A DNA stretch of 62,945 nt, filler included, from Octopus bimaculoides (lineage: Eukaryota), in assembly GCF_001194135.2 (NCBI RefSeq). It is 4 parts of 4 records of this genome, joined end to end, with 100 filler letters (N's around TTAATTAATTAA, not from the genome) between each part and the next. Parts side by side here need not be neighbours in the genome. Positions count along the whole stretch, not along the records: positions 1 to 18,961 come from NC_069009.1; positions 19,062 to 40,780 come from NC_068991.1; 2 more parts are not named here. One strand, 5' to 3'. The position numbers and the translations under genes were made by a program. The notes beneath the pieces are model-generated. The model was not told the origin of the DNA, did not search any database, and saw nothing but the letters and a program-made list of their open reading frames with translations. Shown here piece after piece: positions 13,164 to 22,964 of the stretch. Within the stretch, counting starts at the first letter, position 1, and every line of letters starts with the position of its first letter.

Positions 13164-14239
13164 TTAACCCCTTTGGTCAGGTAAAAAAGAATGGGCTTAC
13201 ATCTACCTTTGGAGCATGAATTCCTTATCTACATAGCAATAACTAACCCCTTTGTGACTATAATTTTGTTGAAATGCATTGACTTTGTTAAATAATGAAG
13301 AATTTAGTGAAATAACTGTAATTATTAAATTGGAGTTTGGAACATGAATCAATATGAAATTTCAATGCAAGGTTTGAATTTAGATCATTTTAACCCTTTT
13401 GTTACCATATTTCTATTTAAAATACACTGTCTATGTTTCAATTATTTTTGAGTAAAATAAGTGTCCTTATTAAGCTGCCGTGTGGAACATAAACTGACAA
13501 GAAATTTTGATTGAAGGTCTTAATTTACTTTTAATCACTTTAACCCTCGTTACCACATTTCTACTGAATACACTGCTTCTGTTTACAGATAATGAAAACT
13601 TTAGTAAAATTACTTTGCCGTCATTAATAAGCTGGTGTTGGGAACATAAATTAATATGAAATTTTGTTGATGGAAGGTTTTCATTTTGATCACTTTAACC
13701 CTTTAGTTACCATACACTGCCTTTGTTTCAATTTATTTTTAAAATAATAAAGAATTTAGTAAACTTTTTCCTTATAAAGCTGATGTTTGGAACATAAAAA
13801 TTTTGGTGGAATGTTATGTAGATCACCTTAAGTGTTTCCAATTCGTCATTCATCGTTTAACGTCCGATTTCCATGCTAGCATGGGTTGGACAATTTGACT
13901 GAGGACTGGTGAACCAGATGGCTACACCAGGCTCCAATCTGATTTGGCAGAGTTTCTACAGCTGGATGCCTTTCCTAACGCCAACCACTCCGAGAGTGTA
14001 GTGGATGCTTTTACGTGCCACCGGCACTCTCAGAGTGGTTGGCGTTAGGAAGGGCATCCAGCTGTAGAAACTGATTATAAAAATAATAACAAATTTAGTA
14101 AAATAACTTAAGCTGGTGTTTGGAACAAATTAACATGAAATTTTGATGGAATGTTTTAATTTAGTTCACATTAAAAAATACAATGTTTGTATAATAGAAA
14201 CAAGGGCAACAACAGACAGACTGGTATCAAAAGGGTTAA
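13164..14239. mobile_element. piggyBac-like non-autonomous element built of about 150-bp tandem units
   Basis: TTAA-CCCCTTTG at the left end and CAAAAGGG-TTAA at the right end. Internal units restart with TAACCC at 13244, 13391, 13541 and 13696. Confidence 0.6.
13846..14072 (-). mobile_element. RTE LINE 3'-UTR/tail copy with an internal fold-back
   Basis: CATCGTTTAACGTCCG...TTCCATGCTAGCATGGGTTGG is the reverse complement of 62880-62930. Segment 14025-14072 is an inverted copy of 13951-13998. Confidence 0.85.
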
Positions 14240-14444
14240 AATTTCTTTTACTTTTTTCTCTTGTATGTATGGAACCTTGGACAGAAGATAAAGTCCTTCA
14301 TGTAGCTCCAGACCTCCTCAAGTTTATTTTTCAAACCCAATATATCCTACACTGTTATTTATTGCAGTATCACCTTGTGATTCGCTATTAAAATTATTCA
14401 CTTCATAACTCAATGCTTTCACACTTCCATAATATATAATTACC

Positions 14445-14750
14445 AGCATTTAATATCTGTTTCCCATGCTGGCATTGGATGGATGGTTCGTCAGCAACTG
14501 AAGAACCAGAGAACTGTACCAAGCTCCAATGTCTGTTTGCATATGATATCTATGGATGGATTCCCTTCCGAATAATGCCAACCACTTTACAGAGTGTACT
14601 GGGTGCATATTTTGTAGCAGCAGAACTAATGATGTCACTAAGTAATTAACTAACAACAGAAGAGTCCACAGCTGAATGGGGGTGTAGGATTGAGAGAGAT
14701 AGCTTTGTGCCAGGTGTTGAGAGCCCAAAGACAGAGGGCCAGCAACAGGG
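14445..14750 (-). mobile_element. Degenerate RTE 3'-tail copy
   Basis: TTTAATATCTGTTTCCCATGCTGGCATTGGATGG and AATGCCAACCAC..AGAGTGTA resemble the 13846 copy. Confidence 0.6.
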
Positions 14751-15134
14751 GTCATTTAACATATATCAGTGTTTTTAATGTTCAACAGGCCCGAATTAAC
14801 TTAAAAACAAATTAATTTACAGTAATTCAAAAATTATAGAAAAACGAGTGGAAAAAAAGAAAAATTTCTTAAAAACAAAACGAAAAAAATCTCGAAACAA
14901 AAATTCTTAAAATAAATAAATAAGAAAAAACAACATCGTTTTTTTTTTTTTTTGTTCCCTGGTCCCCAAGAAGATTGCAGTTTCTGCAATGCATTGACCC
15001 TATCTTTAGACATGAAACAATTTCTATTTTTTAACAATATTTACATCTACACCATGTTTCAATCAGTCTGCCCCTCGACCGGTCCCCTTTTCCGAATTGT
15101 GTACACAGAACTGGACAGTATTCAACCTAGGAAC

Positions 15135-15136
<2 letters not shown>

Positions 15137-15182
<46 letters not shown>

Positions 15183-15395
15183 GGCTGCAGACTGGCAGAA
15201 TTTGTTAGCATGCAAACCGAAATGCTTAGCAGCATTTCATCAGTCTCTGCTGTCTGAGTTCAAATTCCACCAAGGTTGACTTTGCTTTCCATTCTTTTGG
15301 GGGCCAATAAAGTAAGGTACAGTTGAACACTGGGGTTGATGTAATCAACTTAAGCCCTCCCTCTTAACTTGTTGGTCTTGTGCCAAAATTTGATA

Positions 15396-15450
<55 letters not shown>

Positions 15451-15663
15451 GGCTGCAGACTGGCAGAATTTGTTAGCATGCAAACCGAAATGCTTAGCAG
15501 CATTTCATCAGTCTCTGCTGTCTGAGTTCAAATTCCACCAAGGTTGACTTTGCTTTCCATTCTTTTGGGGGCCAATAAAGTAAGGTACAGTTGAACACTG
15601 GGGTTGATGTAATCAACTTAAGCCCTCCCTCTTAACTTGTTGGTCTTGTGCCAAAATTTGATA

Positions 15664-15709
<46 letters not shown>

Positions 15710-16145
15710 GGCAGTGAACAGGCAGACCTGTAAGCACGTCAGGCAAAATAGTTAGCAGCACTTAAAACTTATGCTTTGGGTTCAAATTCCGCTGAGGTCA
15801 ACTTTGCTTTCCATCCTTTTCGAGTTGATAACCTAAGTACAAGTTGAACACTAGGATTGATCTCATCCCTTACCCCTACCCCTGAAATCTCAGACCTTGT
15901 GCCTATAGTAGAAAGGATTATTATTATTATTATTATTAAGGCAACGAGCTGGCTGAATTGTTAGCATGCTGGGCGAAATGCTTCGCAGTATTACGACTGT
16001 CCTGGAGTTCAAATTCCGCCAAGCTCAATTGCCTTTCATCCTTTGGAGGTCAATAAAGTACCAGCTGAGTACTGGGGTCAATGTAATTGACTTCCTCCTT
16101 CCCTAAATTTCAGGCCTTGTGCCTATAGTAAAAAGGATTATTATT
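15137..16145 (+). mobile_element. Four head-to-tail SINE copies separated by (TTA)n (15181-15397, 15449-15665, about 15708-15915, 15939-16140)
   Basis: Each begins GGC...CTGGC(A/T)GAA, most contain GAGTTCAAATTCC(A/G)C, and each ends in (TTA)n. The first two are identical with a 268-bp period. Confidence 0.9.
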
Positions 16146-16219
16146 ATTATTGTTGCTTAGCTTAATGCAGTCTTGTTTTTATCAATTAGCTTTAAAATTA
16201 CAGACATCTCTCTATATAT

Positions 16220-16940
16220 GACCACAATCATCATTTAACATCCATGTTGGTATGGGTTGAACTATTTGCATCATACTCCAGCGGCTGCTTTGGTATAGAT
16301 TCTATAGCTGGATGCCCTTCCTAGTGCCAACCACTTCACAGTGTATTACTAGGTGCTTTTTTTTTTGTGCCACCCGTACAAGTAAGGTTGCTATGTAGCT
16401 CGCAGCTTTATGCTAGGAAATGAGAGAAGAGAGAGGGGCAGCTCAGGTTCTTACTGTAGAAGAGCTATATGGCTGCTCATATTTAGAGGAGAGAGTGAAA
16501 AGTGAAACAGTGATAGCTGTGAAGAGATAAAAAGGGGTGACAGGTTGTCTAGGTCAGGGGTTTTCAAACTGTGGTCTGCGGACCACAGGGGGTCCGTAGA
16601 CAGCAAATGCTTTTTATGGGCAATTTGATTTTATATACGTTTTTTTAATCGAAATCTTTTAATTGACAATAAACCTATTTGTTAAATACTGTTAAATAAA
16701 TAAATGTAAAAATATGTTATCTTAAGCAAATATTTATGTATAAATTTCATAAGCGTTTATAAGGGGTCCCTAAGGTAAAGCCTGAAATATAAAGGGGTCC
16801 GCAAGTCAAAAAGTTTGAAAACCTCTGGTCTAGGTGACACCTCAAGGGAAGTAGGGGTGAGTGGGAGACAGGAAGAAGGAGCAACTGGGAGTTAGGAAGA
16901 CTGGGGAGGTGGGGAGGTACCCCCACCTTAGTCAAGTAAA
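16220..16940 (-). mobile_element. Degenerate RTE 3'-tail copy interrupted by a hAT MITE
   Basis: CATCATTTAACATCCATGTTGG...TAGCTGGATGCCCTTCCTAGTGCCAACCAC matches the family. The right boundary is uncertain. Confidence 0.55.
16555..16827. mobile_element. hAT (Charlie-like) MITE with perfect 8-bp TSD
   Basis: TIRs CAGGGGTTTTCAAACT / AGTTTGAAAACCTCTG (1 mismatch in 16). TSD GTCTAGGT at 16547-16554 and 16828-16835. Confidence 0.9.
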
Positions 16941-17468
16941 GCAATATGTACAGCAGATTAAAAAAACCATCAATAGTAATCAGAGATCAAACGTTATTGA
17001 AGTACAGTGTAGTTGTAAATGTCGTTAAAAAAACAGAAAAAGAAATTTCTCTTATTAATTGAAAATGAAATAAATGTTTCATCTCCCAAGATGATGTCAA
17101 CAACTCAATTTAGATTTGTTTCCTCAGTTACAAAAAAAAAAGGGTGGAGGGGAAAAACACAAAAAATATTGTTAGAAACACAGGAAAAAAAAAAGAAAAT
17201 TTTTCAGATTTATAAAAAGTGAATGTTTAAAAATTTGAAAACAATATGACAATATAGAAATTTATAAATTGACCCCTGAAAGCAAAAATGTCTGAAGTGG
17301 TCGGAAACCAATGTTTACAACATAATGACAATTTATTTAACATTCCTCTTGTTTTCTGGAAATTACAGCGAGACAAAAGTTGTTTAATAGAATAAATAAA
17401 TTATATATACATGTAATATTATCATATACATACATATGTACATATACACACACACATATATATGTGTG

Positions 17469-17499
<31 letters not shown>

Positions 17500-18894
17500 A
17501 CATACAGCAAGAACACTATACAAAACAGGTGTGATAGAATAGTTTAGAGATCATTTCGTTAAATGATACGTTGCAGACATAATTAAAACTAAGTTAACGA
17601 ACATTACAAAGAATTAACTACATACACATATTCTATGTACAGAAGCAGATCTATGTATGTGTAAGCAGAGACACACATCACACACACACACACATGTATA
17701 TATATATATATATATGCACACACACTCACATACACATAAATATATAGGTACGAGTGTGTATATATGTTTGTGTGCGTGTATGATATACACATATATTACT
17801 GAACACAATTCAAAGAACAAGGGTTGACAAATCGCCCCCAGAGGTTCCACGGAAGGTTTATAAACTGAAAGATTTTACTAGTCACAAGGTTGCAAGTTCA
17901 AATCTCACTCAATACAATTCTCTGAAATACGATTCACAGATACACTTGAAGTACAAACTATGAAATAATGAAGGAGAGAGGCAAAAAAAAAGTACATACA
18001 AATATAAAAGTAGACACAAACACACACACACACACATGTATACATTGTTCAATATCCCTAGGCATAAACCTAAATAATTTTAAAAATATACATACATATA
18101 CATAGATTCCTATATTTGTTGCTATTGAGAAGGTGAAACTAAAAGTAACAGATACATAATAACCATTGTTTCCTGTATGAAGACTTTATGAATACATTTC
18201 TGCAGCATAGTAGTGAGTTCTCTTTCTATTATCCTATTACCGTAGGGTGTATGTTTGTATATACATAGAGCAACAGATGTATATAAGAGAGATAGAAAGA
18301 CAGATGAAGAGACAGAAGGAGAGAGAAAAATAGAGAGATAAGTGTCTGTGTGTGTCACTATTTTTTATGGAGACAATCTAACAGACAATAATAATAATAA
18401 TATTAAAAGAAAATTATAGCAAAGCTTGAACAATCAGCAGACATGAGATAAGGGTCAGTACCCATTGAGGACTTGATTGTGGTATAATTCTCTGGCTTTC
18501 CAGAAATGTTAACATTGTTTACATCAAATCATGATTATATCGTATATATATATACAGATACACAAATATACCTACATACATACATACATACGTAGACACA
18601 CACGTACACATATAGAACCCATGCTCGCAGAAATATGCATAAACACGTACAAATGCATGTATACGCATATATTCAAACAAGTATATGTATATTCACTTCC
18701 ATACACATGCATACACACATACATACTCATATTCAGACACACACACAGATTCACAGTAATATACAACTAGATTGGACATCAAAATCTGTGTTTTGCTTAT
18801 TTTTTTTTTTCAATACAATATATTTAAATAAATATAATATATATACAAATTGAGATCACTAAGAAATATATATATATATATACAGACACATATA

Positions 18895-18940
<46 letters not shown>

Positions 18941-19112
18941 CATATATACACATATATATATNNNNNNNNNNNNNNNNNNNNNNNNNNNNNNNNNNNNNNN
19001 NNNNNTTAATTAATTAANNNNNNNNNNNNNNNNNNNNNNNNNNNNNNNNNNNNNNNNNNNNTATATATATATATATATGTGTATGTGTGTGTGTACGTGT
19101 GTATGTGTGTAC

Positions 19113-19143
<31 letters not shown>

Positions 19144-20254
19144 AACTTATATAAATATTATCTAATATCCTAAAACACACAAACACACATTATAGCCGTA
19201 TGCATATATACAATTTGAGGGACCCATCGATACAGAAATGCTTAAGTGGAATTCGTATGAAGAGAAGCTGTTGTGTTTTAATGAGACACATTTTAATGAG
19301 TGACGTTTTTCTCTCCTTCATCACAGACGCGAATGAATTTTATTTTTACTTTTCTGCGAACTCCATCAAAAGCATTGCTAATATATAACATCAGCTGCAA
19401 ATACACTGATTATGTAGATGGTTATGTGATAGTAGGCCGCTTGATGGTCTGTGATAAACTTGTGCTACAACGAAACATTAATCCGTAAATTGCGATTCGG
19501 TTTGGCGGCGGGATAGAGAGAGGGAGAGGGAGAGGGAGAGAGTGAGGGAGATCTGAAATTAGAGAGAGAGATAGGGATATGAAATTACGCTGTGTGTAAA
19601 AATGTGATAAATGCTTTGTATCTGAAACGTTGAGAAGTACACCAAGAAGTTTATGGGAACCGAGTTCAATCCTGATTAGAGTTGATTGTTTTCGTGTAAA
19701 GAAGTACTAGCATTATGCTAGAATTAGTAGAGGAGAGTGACAGAGTCAGGACCAATAATAATAATACGTCTTTCATATAATTGGCAATGTGTTCCAAAAG
19801 AGATTTAGGAACTGTTGTTATTTTGTTCTGTGTTTTTGTTGCTTAGCACTTGGTCAATTTTGATCGAACGAATCTATGATGAATAGATTTACTGCTACGG
19901 CCGTCATAGCTTTCTTTTTTTATTCAGACAATGTACTATGCTATCCAGTGTGATGCCCGTTACCTGATATCACAAGGCAATTTGTCGTCGCTGTACCGTT
20001 TCAGGAAATAATAACAGCAGCAGCAGCAGCAGCAGCACCACCACCACCACCACCAGCACCACCACCACCAGCACCACCACCACCNNNNNNNNNNNNNNNN
20101 NNNNNNNNNNNNNNNNNNNNNNNNNNNNNNNNNNNNNNNNNNNNNNNNNNNNNNNNNNNNNNNNNNNNNNNNNNNNNNNNNNNNNNNNNNNNNNNNNNNN
20201 NNNNNNNNNNNNNNNNNNNNNNNNNNNNNNNNNNNNNNNNTATTATAATATTGG

Positions 20255-20410
20255 TACAAATGTAAAGATAGAACAACTACAAAAGTCAGCATCGCTTGGA
20301 ATTGCAAGAGTTCTCCGCAGACAGAGTTCTTGAAACATAGTCAGTAAACAAATGTCACTTTAGTCTGCTGGCTGTGGGCAGCTGCCACTTTCCATCATAC
20401 CCAGCAAAAT
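20255..20410 (+). mobile_element. Extreme 3' end of an RLE-type (R4/Dong-like) non-LTR retrotransposon
   Basis: Translates VKIEQLQKSASLGIARVLRR, homologous to VEHLQKTALLGTA at about 21090-21130. Confidence 0.6.
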
Positions 20411-20414
20411 AAGC

Positions 20415-21225
20415 TGAGAGTTTTCGGACAATTTCATAGGGATGTTGAAAATAAAACAGACAAAGAAAAAGATGGCTGTGGATGACTAAAAGTGATTTAA
20501 AACTGGAAACGGAGGATCTAATCTGTGCTGCCTAAGAGCAAGCACTAAGAGCAAAATTCATAAAGTACAAAGTAGACAACACATCAGAAAGTGATAAGTG
20601 CAGAATTTGTGGACAAAATGGTGACACTGTATGGCATATTACCAACTAATGTACCCCACTAGCCCAGAAGGAATATAAGAGATGTAACGACAATATAGCA
20701 AGGCTTGTCTATTGGACACTTTGCAACAAGTATGGCCTTGACAGGGAAAAAAATTAGTACGACTACAAACCCGAAGGCATCATCGAAAGATCCTGTGTGA
20801 TTTTATGATTAAGTGCGACCATGAGACAGAGAATAGGAAGACAAACATAGTAGTGTTAATTGAGAAAAAAACCAAACTATGCTGGATCATAGATATAGCA
20901 TGCCCAGCTGACAACAAGGTATGCGATAAGGAAGAAAGAAAATTCTATAGGTATGACAGGTTAGCTTGGGAGGTAAAGCAGTTGTGGTCGATGAAAAAGG
21001 TAGTAGTAGTACCATTAATTGTCGGAGCCCTGGGAACAGTGAGCAAAAATCTCGAGAAGTACATGGGAACAAATAGGGGCTGTAATAAGGGTGGAGCACT
21101 TGCAGAAAACAGCACTGCTTGGAACCGCTCAAAAAATAAGTCGTCATACCTTAGTTCACTGGTAGTGAACAGATGACACCATAGTACATCTCCAGTATTA
21201 GAAGCTCTACAAAGGCTTCTAATAA
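20415..21225 (+). mobile_element. R4/Dong-like non-LTR retrotransposon 3' fragment (zinc knuckle and restriction-like endonuclease), pseudogenised
   Basis: LKLETEDLICAA*EQALR, CRICGQNGDTVWHIT (C2HC), LCWIIDIACP, VVVVPLIVGALG; ends in (TAA)n at about 21225-21290. Confidence 0.85.
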
Positions 21226-21246
21226 TAATATTCAATAATAATGATG

Positions 21247-21292
<46 letters not shown>

Positions 21293-21294
21293 GT

Positions 21295-22610
21295 GGCTTC
21301 TCATCTTAACTGATTGGAAGATTTATTATGTACATTATTTTGTCTTGGAATAAAAGATGGGTTACAGCAAATATTCTGCTCAATAACAAACGTGTTGCCA
21401 GAGTAAGAATTGGCAGAGTGCCCCCTTGAAATTAAGGAGGCATGGCTGGTGGTAGCCATAATGCATGGTATGGAGGATGAGGTGAAGATCTTCAAGATAA
21501 CGAGGGCCAAAAAAGTCAATTGCTGGGGGTATGGCCTCAAGATGGCCATACAGGTGAGTTTAACAGACCTGTATGGCATCACAGAGGAAATCATACTCCC
21601 AGAAGACTCCAGACTTCGAGTAGTAGTAGAAGGAAAAGCACCAACATGCTCCCTATGCGGTAAAAAAGGACATATGAAAGTTAAGTGCTCTGAGAATGAA
21701 AACGAAGAGGAGGAGGAGAAGAAAAGTGAAAAAAACAAAGTACCGAAGAGGTGGTACCAGTAACAGAGAAGAGTAGAGTGGAGGAATCCTTCACAGTCGT
21801 AAACAGGAGGAAGAGAAAAGAACGGGTGAGCCCTCTTCCAGAGAGCTAAACAAAAAGGTTGAAAAAGATTGAGATGGAGGAGAAGAGAAATAGGTGCGAG
21901 ACACCAACAGAATTAATAATGGAAGAAGGCGCAGAGACAGAAACACCATTACAACAGGATGTGGAAATCGGCAGCGTTACTGATTATTTTACATGCCCGG
22001 ACAGCCCAGGTTCGGAGCCGAAGCAAGCGGAGGTGAAAAGGAAAAAAATACAAGTGGTATATGGTCACGTATGCCAAAAGCACGGCTATAGAACGAAAGA
22101 TTACAATGTATAAATCAATAGTAAGAGTAAGGCTGCCTCCAGAAAAATACTCGGAAAAGACTAAAGGAATAATCATAGATAGAGAGAGATTTGAGATTTG
22201 AGAGGACTGTTTGGAAGCAGCATAGACCCGTTGGGGGTTGAAATCGACGAACTACCACCAGTCATGTATTTCGATGATCCAAAACCATTAATGAACTTTT
22301 AGAAAAAAAAAAAGCAAGTAATATTTGTCGAAAAAAAGAGTAAAAATAGATTTAAAAAAGATTAAAAAAATAACGATACAAAAAGAAAGAGAGAGCGTAA
22401 GAACGATTTATTTAAGCGTATAATTTAACTGTTAAATGGTACTACTTGAGAGTGGGGCTCAATGCAACCATTCCACCATCATTAATTTTATCATTTTTAT
22501 ATACATCTTCATTTTTCATTCGTTTTATGTTTTTTGTTCCCACTGTGTTGTTCTGTCTGTCCTAGTGCTGTCCCCTCTATATTAAGGCCTGGGTACCAAA
22601 TAAAGAAAAG
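21295..22610 (+). mobile_element. L1/Tx1-like ORF1 (gag-like, CCHC knuckle) retroelement lacking ORF2
   Basis: ARVRIGRVPLEIKEAWLVVAIMHGME...LRVVVEGKAPTCSLCGKKGHMKVKC with frameshifts and stops. It is followed by a T-rich UTR, TGCTGTCCCCTCTATATTAAGGCCT and AATAAA at 22599. Confidence 0.7.
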
Positions 22611-22880
22611 GAGTCGTGTGTCAGCCGTTGTACGAGTTCTCATTTGGAGTTAAATGTCAGTTACGTGTTATAGTCGAGTTCAAGTCACAGTCAAGGTAGA
22701 CGGTTCAAGTTCGGTGTCTTGCAGAGCTATCAGCGATAGCACGATAGACGAAGCTGTGTATTACCAATACGGTATAGAAGAAATACACTATATCCAATAC
22801 CGAGAAAATATCGTGGCTACTAGAGAAGATGCAACAGCTACAGTCGCAACAGTGCCTACACATTATAACTGTGGAAAACA
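22611..22880 (+). mobile_element. Possible LTR remnant
   Basis: CpG-rich non-coding block ending in ...ACTACA shortly before (TATC)n. No paired copy was seen, so support is weak. Confidence 0.25.
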
Positions 22881-22893
22881 CTACATCATAACA

Positions 22894-22964
<71 letters not shown>

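Noticed and set aside
15030-15130. Possible terminal coding exon on the minus strand (VEYCPVLCTQFGKG... or LNTVQFCVHNSEKG...)
   Set aside because: The acceptor lacks a pyrimidine tract and neither peptide is recognisable.
19006-19017. TTAATTAATTAA embedded in N-runs (also 40825-40836 and 58339-58350)
   Set aside because: Each is flanked by exactly 44 N on both sides (100 bp total), so it is an assembly gap filler and not biological.
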